A stretch of 64,000 nucleotides of DNA from Longimicrobiales bacterium (GCA_965226375.1 CBDDCX010000008.1:1760001-1824000); one strand, 5' to 3'; shown: positions 11,332 to 22,645, numbered from the stretch's first letter. Made by a program: numbers and translations. Notes: generated by a model from the letters alone, not told the origin.

Positions 11332-12375
11332 GTGCCGGTGAACGTCACTCGAGAGATGCTGGAGCGGCTTCCGAAGACCGAGCTCCACGTTCACCTCGAC
11401 GGTAGCCTCCGTCCAGAGACGCTGATCGAACTGGCCGAACAGTACGAGAAGCCCCTACCGAGCACCGAACCTGCCATTTTGGCAGATAATATGCGGGCCG
11501 GAGATACCCGGAATCTCGAGGAGTACCTGGCCAGGTTCGAAATCACCCTGTCGGTCATGCAACACGCCGACGCGCTAGAGCGTGTCGCCTTCGAACTGGC
11601 TGAGGACAACGCCCGAGAGAACGTGCGGTATGTAGAGGTCCGCTACTCACCGATCCTGCACACTCGGGAAGGGCTACCGCTCACCGAGACCGTAGAAGCC
11701 CCCGTCCGTGGGCTCGCTCGGGCAGAGGAGCAGTACGGCATCAAGACCGGCCTGATCATCTGCGGCATCCGGAACATGGAGGCTGATACGTCCCGGGACC
11801 TGGCGGACCTCACCGTGGCGTTCAAGGGCCGTGGGGTCGTCGCTTTCGACCTGGCCGGGGCCGAGTACAACTACCCGGCCAAGAAGCACCGGGACGCCTT
11901 CTTCACCGTGATCAACCGGAACATGGCCACCACCATCCACGCCGGTGAGGCCTACGGTCCCGAGTCCATCCACCAGGCGCTGCACTACTGCCGAGCCAAC
12001 CGCATCGGCCATGGGACGCGCCTTTACGAGGATCCCGATCTGATGCAGTTCGTGAACGACTTCAGGGTGCCGCTGGAGATCTGTCTGACGTCGAACGTGC
12101 AGACCAGGGCCGTGGCCTCGTACGCGGACCATCCCCTACGCCAATACTACGACGCCGGGTTGGTGGTGACGCTGAATACGGACAACCGGTTGATGTCGGG
12201 GACTACCGTGACGGACGAGTACTGGAAGGCACACAAGCATCTCGGGTTTACGTGGGAGGAGCTCAAGCGGGTGGCGCGTATGGGGTTCGAGTCGGCGTTT
12301 CTGCATCGGGGGGAGAAGGACGAGCTGATGGCCAGTATGGACGAGGCGGCTAGAAACATCTCGGCGTTGGAATAG
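11332..12375 (+). CDS. add: Adenosine deaminase
   Basis: LPKTELHVHLDGS, HAGE, RIGHG, CLTSN, NTDN. Confidence 0.9.
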   Translation: MPVNVTREMLERLPKTELHVHLDGSLRPETLIELAEQYEKPLPSTEPAILADNMRAGDTRNLEEYLARFEITLSVMQHADALERVAFELAEDNARENVRYVEVRYSPILHTREGLPLTETVEAPVRGLARAEEQYGIKTGLIICGIRNMEADTSRDLADLTVAFKGRGVVAFDLAGAEYNYPAKKHRDAFFTVINRNMATTIHAGEAYGPESIHQALHYCRANRIGHGTRLYEDPDLMQFVNDFRVPLEICLTSNVQTRAVASYADHPLRQYYDAGLVVTLNTDNRLMSGTTVTDEYWKAHKHLGFTWEELKRVARMGFESAFLHRGEKDELMASMDEAARNISALE

Positions 12376-12401
12376 GCATAGGGCGACGAGGGCCGGTGAA
12401 A

Positions 12402-15400
12402 TCAGACCCCGTCGACCACGTCGAGAACGAGGTCGGCCAACTGTAAGCCTTCACCGTCGGCATTCACTCCGATCGCGAAGACCGTAAGAGCGCCCACGCC
12501 GGGAGCAAATCCCGTGACATCCGACGCCTCGAGGGTGTGCTCCCAGGCATACGTCCGGACAAAGCCGTCGTCGGTCAACGCTCCCGAGTTGGCGGAGATG
12601 TCCCCGATAAGGACGTTCTCCGCAGTAACCGGGTGGACCAGGTAGAAGTAGATACGGCCGTTCAGGAACGGGTTGGCGAACGTGCCCGACGCCCCGGTCA
12701 CTTCGGCTTCCACGTCCAAGGACCTCTCGGCCCCCAGGTCGTCCACGCAGTCCTCAGTGTCGGGGTCGCCCTCACCATTACAGATCTCCGTGTTGGCGAC
12801 GGGAACCGTGAACAACCAACCCGGTGCAGCGATACCCGCACCCGCGTAGCCGACCACGCCGGCACCACCGTTGATCGTCCCGGCGTTGATATTGTTCGAG
12901 ACTGCGGGCGAAACGTTGCCGGCCATGTCTTCGGCGATGGTACGGACGTTCGTCATGAGAACCATGCCCCCCGCCGGGCAGGTCGGCACCGGTGACCTGC
13001 TCCAGACCCGCGACCAAGTTGATCGTCGTGGACGGGCTGGCCGTAGTCGTCATCGAACCGTCGAAAGCGACACCGTCTCCGATCGGGACAACGGGCCCGA
13101 ACGACAACCAGTCACCCGAGTTGCCATAATCGAACGTGAAGTTCGTGGACAAGAGATCCAGGTTGTCACTCACCGCTCCGCTGAAGGTGGCCGAAGAACC
13201 ACCCGTGAGTGCCGCCGAAGAAGAGACGTTGGCCGTGATCTCCGGATCCGTGACATCCTGCAGGAGCGACACAACGGTCTCTGTCGTTATTCCGCCCGCC
13301 TGGTTCACCACCTTGCCGCCGAACGTGTAGTAGCCGTCCGCCGGACCGGTCCCACCATCCGGGATACAGTTGCTCACACCTGCCGGCGCGGGGGTCGAGA
13401 CTCCGCAGGCCGGAATCGCCATAGGAACGTTGATCGCCCCACCGCCCGAGGAGGCTCCTATCACGAAGGAGCCCGGGTCAATCTTCATCCACACACTCAG
13501 AGGCGTAGCCGAGACGCCGGACACGTCCTCTGCCGCCGAAAAGGTGATCCCCACTCCAGAAGCACCGGACGCGGCGTTATAGATGGTCTGGTCCTCGACA
13601 CCGGTCACCTCAACATCCGTGGGCGGCGTGTCGTCGACGCCGAAGGTGTTGGCCGGATGACCCCCGCCTCCGCCAGCTGCAAGGGCAACGTAGCTCACGT
13701 TGCCGAGGTCGTCCGTGAGGCCTGCCTGAACGTGGTTTTCATTATTCGACAGCCCCATGAAGAGACCGGCGGCGGCCGGAGTCGCGGCGCTCGGAAGCGC
13801 AATGAGATCGGGGTCGCCCAGGACGCCCGGAGTACCCACCGTAGACTCGGCAAAGTGGGCCGTGATAGACGACCCACCGACCCCGGCGACCCCGGCCCCG
13901 GCACTCGGAACCGCGTCATCGTCGTCTTCCGTCGTCCCCAGCGCCGTACCGAACGCGAACGTCGATTTCACCCAACCGACATTGCAGCACAGCGTAGTCG
14001 CGTTTGCTACAGCGCTCGGCAAAATAAACGTGCCGGCGACGCTCAACGTCGGACCGACATTGTCGACCAGAACGGCGAGGGGAGGAGCGACCCCGTCGAT
14101 GGTCGTCAACCCAAGGAAGGGATCACCGTTGCTGTACAGCACGGCACCTAGGGTCACCTCGTCCCCGCCACCCGGCGCGGACTGATACCCGCAGAGAGGG
14201 TCGGCAGCGTCTGCGCAAGGATTCCATGACGTGCCCTGATTGCCCTCGAACACGAAGTTCCATGGTGCCGCCAAGTCCGTCAGCGTGGTCGTTCCGACAC
14301 CGGAGAACGGGGCTGGGGGTGCGCCGTTGTTGGTCGTCAGCGTCGCCACCACCGAGCCCAACGTCCGACCGGAATACAGAACCGGCTCTACGTCCAGGAT
14401 CAAGCTTCCGCCCCTCCACAACACGGAGGATGAGGTGACGGCGCTGGTCGTGGAAGACAACGTGCCGACTAACGCGTCTGCATTCATGAACGTCAGGCCC
14501 CGGTCCTGGCTGGCCGTTACGATGCTCGTGCCACCGCCCCCGTCGGTGCTGGTGATCCGGGCTGAGACGACGTGCTCGCCGGTCTGGAACGTCGGCGTGC
14601 TGTTGCCCCGAGCACACACAGTTCCGGGAGCCGGCCCACAGGCGGCCGTGCTGATCTGGATGGTAACCCGGCGAACCGCTCCCTCAGGCCCATCCTCTCG
14701 GGGTGCACCGGTGGCAAATGACTGTTCGCCCACCACGACTCCGTCGAGGAGCACCGCGGCTTCGGTGATCGTCTCCGTACCCTCGTCGACGGTTAGGTTC
14801 ACGTCGATGGCTCCCACTACCACCGCCGGCACGACCGTCGCCCCGGCGGTACCACTGACCGTGATCGACGAGATCGTGACCGTCGCGGCCGTGGTGACCT
14901 CTTCGACCGTACCGACGAAGCTCACGCTCGCGGTCTGGCCCGCGGCCACCGTCACATCCGTAATTCGACACCCGTGACGGTCACCGTTGCCACAATTCCA
15001 GCGCCAGTTCCGGAGGTGACGGTGCCCCGGATGCTCGACGTACGGATATAGGCGCCGCCGAAGTCGGCTGAGACGGCCTGGCCACTTGTCGAGATGGTCG
15101 CCACCGTCGAGGTGGAAGGAAAGATCACGTCGGCGGGGGCACCGCTGATCCGTACTCCGTACGTCGCTACGGGAGCGCTGGAAAACGAGTACGTACCATC
15201 TCCCCCGGTCGTTGTCGACCGCGAGACGACTCCCAGGAGGTCCACGGTCACGCCAGCCAGGCCCGTGCCCTCGACAGTTACCGTACCGTGCACCGATCCG
15301 ACGATATCCGACGGCGAGACGACCCCCTCACCATCGCCGTCCCCCCCCACGGACGCATCCGGCACTGGAAAGCGCAGCAAACCACACGAGACCTATAACG

Positions 15401-15414
15401 CACCGCTGTCTCAT
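12402..15414 (-). pseudogene. Large (about 1000 aa) surface lipoprotein with carboxypeptidase-regulatory-like/Ig-like beta domains, broken by three frame changes
   Basis: ATG 15414 gives MRQRCVIGLVWFAALSSAGC (lipobox); coding continues in ORFs 14952-15380, 12778-14955 and 12402-12989; breaks at C8 15341-15348, about 14955-14970 and C6 12967-12972. G/T/S/V-rich composition. Confidence 0.7.
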
Positions 15415-16772
15415 CGATCCCTCGTCTCTCCGTTTGGCAGCTTGGCCGGCCTCCCAGACGCCCACAGCCACAACACTGTCCCCGCCATTTGCGAAACGCA
15501 AGAGCTTGGTAAGGGGCGCGGCGGGGCTGTCCACCCGGAGCCCACAGCGATATCGCGGGGTCGACTCACGCATGCAATTACCTGAGACGTGTGGCTGGCA
15601 GCCCTGCAATCGGGATAGGGGAGGACCGGCGATCCCGGTCCTTCCCCTCCCACACCACCAGGCATGCGGGTCCGCACCTGGCGGTTCGGTGAGTTGAGGT
15701 CAGTACGGCGTGAGCCGGGGCACACCCAGCTCGTCGAAGTACGCCCCTGGCAAGGCCGTGTGCAGGGCGTGGTGCGCGGCCACGTGCCACCAGCTTCGCG
15801 CGAACCGAGCAGCTCGCCAGGCGAGGTTCTCGCTCACACCGCGAGCCCTCAACTCCCGGTACGCTGTCCTTCCCCGTTTCCACTGGCGTAATTGCAACGT
15901 ACGCAGCCGGCGGTGGATCCATTGGTCCAGGTCTCGGAAAACCCCCGGTGTATCCGCTAAGCCGAAGTATGCCTTCCACCCCAGCACGTAGCGCCGTAGC
16001 TCTTCCGCCACCTGTTGCAGGCTCCGCCCGCCACTCCGGCTTGTAATCTGCCGGACTCGCTCCTTGAACTTCGTCAGGGCCTTCTTGCTGACCCGGCGCT
16101 TCACGACCTTCCCTGCCGCTACCCAGAAGCTGTAGCCCAGGAACTGTCGATCCCACACTCGCGCCACCGCGCTCTTTTCCTCGTTGACCTGAAGCCGAAG
16201 TTTCCCGTACAAGTGCCTCAGCGCCTGCATCACACGTTGTCCTGCCCGCCTCGACCGCACGTATACATTGCAGTCATCGGCGTACCGGACAAACGCGTGT
16301 CCGCGTAGCTCCAACTCCTTGTCCACTTCGTCCAGGAGCACGTTCGCCAGCAACGGCGACAACGGTCCGCCCTGAGGCGTCCCCATGTGCCGCTCCATCA
16401 CCACCCCGTTCGCCATGACTCCGGCTTCCAGGTAGCGACGGAGGATCCGCAGCATCGCCTTATCCTCGATCCGCTTTGCCAGCCGCCCCATCAGCACGTC
16501 GTGGTTCACCCGGTCGAAAAACTTCTCCAGGTCCACATCCACCACCCATCGTCTCCCTTCCTGGATGTATTGCTGCGCTTCGCGCACCGCATCGTGTGCT
16601 CGGCGCCCAGGCCGGAAGCCGTGGCTGTGCCGACTGAACGTCGGGTCGAACCTCGGTTGCAGCACCTGCAGGATGGCTTGTTGGATGAACCGGTCCAGCA
16701 CGGTCGGAATCCCCAACTCCCGGACCCCTCCCCCACTCTTCGGTATCTCCTGCCTTCGTACCGGCTTCGGTT

Positions 16773-18166
16773 GGTAGTGTCGCGATATTTGTGTAAAAGG
16801 GGGTGAGGGGTCCGGGGAGGGTGGACAGCCCGGGAAAAAGAGAGGAAGCTCCTTGTGAATGTTCATCATGACACGAACCCGGGGAGTCCGGGCCTGCGCC
16901 AGCAGGTCCGGAACCGGAAAGGAGCTTCCTCATGGAAAAGATGGTTGAAGTTGAGCGGGCCACGCAAGAAGAGTTACGGCAGGATTTGAAGTCGTTGTTT
17001 CAGGGCGCGATTCGTGTTACGCTCGAGATGGTGCTGGAGGAGGAGTTGAAAGCGATGGTCGGAGCGCGTCGTTTCGAGCGGGTCGGCAGCCGGAAGGACC
17101 ACAGGAACGGCACGTACCTCAGGCGCCTGCTCACGAGCTTGGGTCAGATCGACGTGATGGTGCCGCGCAGCCGGGAAGGCGGCTCGCCCGCCGACGTGAT
17201 GGGCCGCTACCGGCGCAGGAGTGAAGAAGTGGACGAGATGATGGTGGAGGCCTACGTGAGCGGTGTGTCGCAGCGCAAGATGGGCGACGTGACTGAAGCA
17301 CTGCTGGGTGAGCGCGTGGGACGCTCGACGGTAAGCCGGGTCGCGAAGCGGCTCGATGGGGCTGTAGAAGCGCTGCGGAGCGCACCCATCGAGGGGCCTC
17401 ACCCCTATCTGTATCTGGACGCGACGTTCCTCGATGCGCGCTGGGCCAGGAAGGTCGAGAACGTGAGCGCGCTCGTGGCCTACGCGGTGGATCCGGACGG
17501 TCACCGCCGGCTCCTGGCCATCACGCTAGGCCCTGAGGAGTCAGAGGACAGTTGGTCGGAGCTCCTCGAGCAGCTCCTGGAGCGAGGTCTCAGCGGCGTC
17601 GAACTGGTGATCGCCGACAAGCACGCGGGCCTGGCAGCTGCGGTGCGCCGCTTCCTGCCTGAGGTGCGCCGTCAGCGCTGCACCGTGCACCTGCAACGCA
17701 ACGTGCTGGCCAAGGTCCCGCATCGCCTGCGCAAGCGTGTGGCGCGCGAGGTTGCCGCCGTCTTCCGGGCCCCCGGGCTCGCTGAGGCGAAGAAGCGCCT
17801 GGCCGAGATCACGACGCGCTGGCAAGAGGAGCTCCCCGAGGCAATGAAGGTGCTCGAGCGGGGCTTCACGGCCGCCACCCAGTTCTACGCGTTCCCCGAG
17901 CCCCACTGGGCCAGGCTACGCACCACGAACAGCCTCGAGCGCCTGCACACCGAGATCAAGCGTCGGATCCGGAGCGCCGGCGCCTTCCCCGACCGAGCCA
18001 GTGCGCTCCGCCTCATCACCGCGGTTGCTCTGAAGACTACTGCGGTCTGGAGCGAACGCCGCTACCTCGATCTCACGCTTCTCGAACCCAAGGAGGTCGC
18101 CAAGGCAGCCTAACCGAAGCATCGAGGAGCTTCCTCTCACTTTTACACACAACTCGGGACTTGACC
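16773..18166 (+). mobile_element. IS256-family insertion sequence (1394 bp)
   Basis: Imperfect 27-bp terminal IRs starting GG (ggtagtgtcgcgatatttgtgtaaaag / ggtcaagtcccgagttgtgtgtaaaag, 20/27); flanks resume intron sequence. Confidence 0.88.
16932..18113 (+). CDS. IS256-family (mutator-type DDE) transposase
   Basis: RNG..R.L.T..G.I...VPR.R, YLYLDAT, QRCTVH, RTTNSLER...EIKRR. Confidence 0.93.
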   Translation: MEKMVEVERATQEELRQDLKSLFQGAIRVTLEMVLEEELKAMVGARRFERVGSRKDHRNGTYLRRLLTSLGQIDVMVPRSREGGSPADVMGRYRRRSEEVDEMMVEAYVSGVSQRKMGDVTEALLGERVGRSTVSRVAKRLDGAVEALRSAPIEGPHPYLYLDATFLDARWARKVENVSALVAYAVDPDGHRRLLAITLGPEESEDSWSELLEQLLERGLSGVELVIADKHAGLAAAVRRFLPEVRRQRCTVHLQRNVLAKVPHRLRKRVAREVAAVFRAPGLAEAKKRLAEITTRWQEELPEAMKVLERGFTAATQFYAFPEPHWARLRTTNSLERLHTEIKRRIRSAGAFPDRASALRLITAVALKTTAVWSERRYLDLTLLEPKEVAKAA

Positions 18167-18881
18167 GTCGGATCTCCCCCCAGTGCCTGCGCAAGTACTC
18201 TGGCAGCTCCTCCACGCTCATCCCGTCGATGCCCGGACTGCCCTTATTCTGCCGCACGCGTTTCAACGCTCCTACGAGGTTGGCACGCCCGACCACCTCC
18301 TCCATCAGGAGATGCTCGCTTCCTGAGCGCTCGTCTCCATGGGCCACCGTTCCGGCTTCGCCACTCCCCTCTACCTTCGGGGCTTCACCCCTATCCTCCA
18401 GCGGGAGCTCCAGTTGCCTGGACTCCTGGCGCATGGCCTTCTCGAGATCCACGGTCGTCACACTCTCCTCTCCGTTCGGCCCTTCGTCCGACAAAGCTGG
18501 GTCCAAGCGCATCATGCACTTCGTCGGCCTACTATGGCCTCTGCTGACTTCTCGCTCCGCCGGCAGGCCCAACAGCGCAATGCCGGCGTCGCCCTTTCAG
18601 GCGTCAGGCGAGACCTCCCCGGGTAAGAACGATGACCTTCCCCGCACAATCGCCGGATCTACGCCGCTTCCCCTTGGTCGCAGGAGCTTCGCGGTCAGTG
18701 GTCCGCTCGCCCCGGTCCGCAGCGCCTCGTATCCGGTTCCTGTTCGTCGACTCACGGGTTCGTTTCACGCTTCGTTCAGCGTACGCCTCACGACGAACGC
18801 CTTGCGCTTCCCTTCGGTCCCTGCGACCAGGTTCCGGGAGGACTTTCACCTCAGTCATCGCCCATGCCGGGCCCACCACTT

Positions 18882-18915
18882 AAAAAAAGGAGCCATCCTG
18901 GACCGCGATGGCTCC
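18882..18915 (-). terminator. Intrinsic terminator directly upstream of intron copy 1
   Basis: 9-bp stem ggagccatc/gatggctcc followed by T7 on the minus strand, then AAGTG and the intron 5' end. Confidence 0.7.
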
Positions 18916-21360
18916 CCTTCTCGTAGACCCAAAACTGTAACCCATCAAGGTTCAGTTTTTGTTACCTCATCAGGGTTCGGGCTCACTGTGCCGATCCGCC
19001 CACAACGTCTCACGTCCCGTAAGGGCTCTCCAAGCGCGCATGCCGGGCCCACCACTTAAAAAAAGGAGCCTCCAGACCACGATGGCTCCCCTTCTCGTAA
19101 CCCAAAACTGCTCAAGGTTCAGTTTTTGTTACCCCAGGGTTCGAACTCCTGTGCCGATCCGCCCACGGCACGTCTCACGTGCCGAGCTCTCCAGCGGCCA
19201 CTCCCCACCAAAGTACGGCCTGATGAAGGACAGGGTCCGCCGCGATTTCGTTCCACGGGCGTCTGAGGCGCACGGTGCCACCCTCGATCGGCCACAAGGA
19301 GAGATCCTGCGTGTCTTGATTGTAGCGAAGATGGAGGGTCGCCAAACGCGGTAGCTCGTCGACCAACTCGATTGTCTTGTCCATGGAGCCGCTGCGGGAG
19401 GCAGTCTCAAGCAATCCGTACGCCCGGTTCGCAGTCATGCCGAGGCACGAGCCTAACTCCAGGCCCTTCCGCAGAACCCGAAGAAGTGTCAGGCCGCCCC
19501 AGGCGTCTCAGATAGACCTCCCCGGGTAAGAACGATGACCTTCCGTGGCCGCACAATCGCCGGATCTACGCCGCTTCCCCTTGGTCGCAGGAGCTTCGCG
19601 GTCAGTGGTCCGCTCGCCCCAGGTCCGCAGCGCCTCGTATCCGTACGTTCCTGTTCGTCCTGTGTGGTGAGGGAAGGGATGGGAGGATTGATGAAGACGG
19701 CCTCACGGGTTCGTTTCACGCTTCGTTCAGCGTGACTGCCTCACGCATCGAACGCCTTGCTCGCTTCCCTTCGGTCCCTGCGACCAGGATTCCGGGAGGA
19801 CTGTTCACCTCCAAAGTCATCGCCCATGCCGGGCCCGACCACTTAAAAAAAGGAGCCGATCCTAGACCAGCGGCTGTAGATGTCCATGGCTCCCCTTCTC
19901 GTAACCCAAAACTGTAACCCATCAAGGTTCAGTTTTTGTTACCCATCAGGGTTCGCGGCTCACTGTGCCGATCAGCGCCCACGGCACGTCTCACGTCCCG
20001 TCGAAGAGCTCTCCAAGCGCGCTCTCAACGCGGTCCCGAACTCGAGGGCCGCCAGCCAAAGCTATGCCGACCAGCGGTCCAAACCAACTTTTCCCTGCAG
20101 TACGGCCTGCGTACCTTCTCATCCAGCGGATTTCGCTCCGGAAGGACATGGGTCTACGGGATTAATTAGAGAGCAATGTCCGTGAAGACGGCCTCCGGGA
20201 GCGGTTTGGGCTTCGGCACACCTCTGACGAAGATGAGCGGCCCATGCTTCGCGGAGCACGGATTTCCTGCCGGCAATGACCCTGATCGGCGTTCCCGACC
20301 TGCACGGGGGTTAGGATCGAGATCCATGGCGTGTGCTCGGCATTGTACCAGCGGAAGAACGATCGACAGAAGTCTTGGTCTGATCCCCGAACCGCCGGGA
20401 AACGAGGGATGGTACTTCAAGGTTTTGAACTGAGCCTCGGCTGTCATCCGACACCTGAGGCCGGCTCAACGAGCGGGTCACGCCGAGGTCAGCGAGAGTT
20501 GAGCGGTGCATTGGCTCCATTGGAGCTCCCCGATCCGAGTGCAGGGTCAGGACCCGGGGCTGGACGCCATGCTTCAGGCAGTGCTGGATCAACCGGCCGG
20601 CAGGGCCGAGTTCTCCCGGTCCGTACGACGTAGCCTGTAGATGTCATGATGACAGCTCCACTTCTTCGGCCCGAGCAGCCGCATCCCAGGACCACACCTG
20701 GTTCGGCGCCGTGGCCATCAACTCGGGCTTCTTGTACTCGGGATGGGTGCGCTGCGCCCGGCGTTCCTGAACCGGAACCTCGAGGCCAGAACACGATACA
20801 TCGTGCGTTCGCTGCACAGGTAGACCTCTTCCGAGCAGCGTGACCTCGGCGGGTGAGCGGTCACGAACCGCTCCGAACACAGCGTGTCGAAGACCTCGCC
20901 TCGTTCCGTCTCGCTCAATGCCCGGACGGGCGTCGGGCGGGGCTGCTGTTGCCCGGTTGATGGGCCTCGACGACGGTACAACGTCCGGATCGGGAGACCT
21001 CGAGGGCCGCGCACGCCGAGTTTTACACCGACGTGCTTAGCCAGCTCATCGGCCGCCTTCAAGAGTTTGTCCCGACGTCGAGGCTCATCCCCAGCAGCAC
21101 CGCTCCCTGACGATCCGGTCATTCCAGCCAAGCGGGGGCAGAGTGCCAAGCCCAAAACGGCTTCGCATCCAGCCGGGGCGGAGCCCGGCCGTCGGAATCC
21201 CGGGTATGGCCGAGCCTCTGGGTCGCTTGACCTCGAAGAGCAATCCCGGAACCGAGCGGATGTCAGCGATGCGACACCGAACGGTCCCGCGGGAGCGACC
21301 GATTGTCTTTGCGAGCGTGGCATCGGATGCGAATTCTTTGCGTGCTCCGTGTCTCACGGT
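18916..21360. other. Scrambled repeats: partial copies of terminator + intron 5' end, and an indel-riddled copy of the IS3-family element (about 20040-21360, minus); probable assembly/consensus artefact
   Basis: Terminator unit recurs near 19045 and 19830; intron domain I copy at about 19490-19845; IS words misplaced inside it; very frequent short indels relative to the clean copies. Confidence 0.7.
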
Positions 21361-21929
21361 CGGTAGGGGGTCCCGTTGATCGACCAGATGGTAGCCCACA
21401 GGTACATCGACTCACCGAGGTGGCGGATGGCATCGACAGAGCCCGGTCGGACCACCCAACATGGGATCGTCACATCGCCTCCGGGTGACCCAAGGGCATC
21501 CACCTAACGATCCTCTGGCCCCGAGCGGAGACAGACGGACGCTCCTTGGTTCTCGTGGTCGGGAGTGCTTACCAAAGTGCGTACCAGCGATGGGCTGGCA
21601 GGGGACGTGCGGGGGGTTGCGGCCCCTCTACTTAGACCGCCGAGAGCCCTTTGTTTTGTGGGGCTAATCGTGCGGTGGGGGTGCAGCCGGTGGTAGGCGG
21701 AATCGCATGTACGGTGCCCAATCCCGTGGCTCGATTGCTGACATCTGAAACCCGTATATGTGAGATCTGGGCGAAACCACGATGGCTCCCGCCTATTGCC
21801 CTAAGGTCCAATAGACGCCGCCCGACACGGCCCGCATCGTTCCGTTAACGCATCGTGATGGGTCCACACCACCACTACTGAAGTTTAGTCGTATCGGACC
21901 ATCAGCAACCGTTATCTGGGAGGGTATGG

Positions 21930-22589
21930 ATGAACAGACATCTCATCACGCTAGGTGCGACGGTTCTGCTTGCTCTCGTCTCCACCCCCTTGGCTGCCCA
22001 ACTGACGTGCGCCGACGTCGAGTTCGGCGCGGACGTGCTCGAGGCATACCCTCACGCGGAGGCCGCGTGCCTCGAGATCGTGGAACGGGAGGGCGAGCTG
22101 TATGCGCGTCTGGAGGCGCGAATTCTCAGGTCCGGTAATCCTGCAATCCTCCAATACCTGCATTCTGACGGTCAATGGGGAGTGAGGACCGAAGCCTCGC
22201 CGCCTGATGGCTACAAGGTCTGGATGAACGGGCAGGCCATGCCCTTCGAGGATGTCCCGCAGTGGCAGACACTGAACGTCTACCTACAGCAGGGTCGGTG
22301 GAACGTAGCGATGTCGGATCTTGACGAACCCGAGATCCACCTCGAGTACGTGGCGCCACTGTCGATAGCTCTGGCCCCCGAGCCGTTGGGTGATGCATTC
22401 ATTCCGCCCGATGTGGTGACACCGACTCCGGTTGAAGCACCGCCGACCTCGGCTGAAGCCACGTCGGCTCCCGCTGAAACGACGGTGGATCCAGTCGCGG
22501 ACGAGAGGGGCACCGATTGGCTTCCGATCTTTGGTCTGCTAGCTCTGATGGTCGTGATCGTAGCGATGGCCCGCGCAAGCACGACCTGA
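21930..22589 (+). CDS. Secreted/membrane-anchored hypothetical protein
   Basis: N-terminal signal peptide, two Cys, Pro/Thr/Ala linker, C-terminal hydrophobic helix; GGAGG RBS. Confidence 0.7.
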   Translation: MNRHLITLGATVLLALVSTPLAAQLTCADVEFGADVLEAYPHAEAACLEIVEREGELYARLEARILRSGNPAILQYLHSDGQWGVRTEASPPDGYKVWMNGQAMPFEDVPQWQTLNVYLQQGRWNVAMSDLDEPEIHLEYVAPLSIALAPEPLGDAFIPPDVVTPTPVEAPPTSAEATSAPAETTVDPVADERGTDWLPIFGLLALMVVIVAMARASTT

Positions 22590-22645
22590 ACCTCGCACCC
22601 GGCCTCTGTTTTCTACCTACTCTCCATGAACCAGGATGAGCCGGC

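Larger units (their letters stand above)
15700..18461 (-). pseudogene. ltrA: Group II intron RT/maturase, split by IS256 (N-part 18167-18461, C-part 15700-16772)
   Basis: Both halves match the intact 53944-55335 ORF; YADD and PQGG lie in the C-part. Confidence 0.9.
15609..18876 (-). mobile_element. Group II intron, class C (IIC), copy 1, RT gene interrupted by IS256
   Basis: 5' end GUGGGCCCGGCAUGGG at 18876, domain V GAACCGCC...GGUGG with CGC triad, 3' end ...CCCGAU at 15609; near-identical to 53853-55752. Confidence 0.92.

Noticed and set aside
19175..19438. 87-aa minus-strand ORF in the scrambled region
   Set aside because: May be a real gene fragment but has no recognisable family and unreliable borders.
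18877..20040. CRISPR array or integron attC cassette array
   Set aside because: Units are irregular, derive from intron/terminator sequence, lack RYYYAAC/GTTRRRY cores, and there is no cas or integrase gene.
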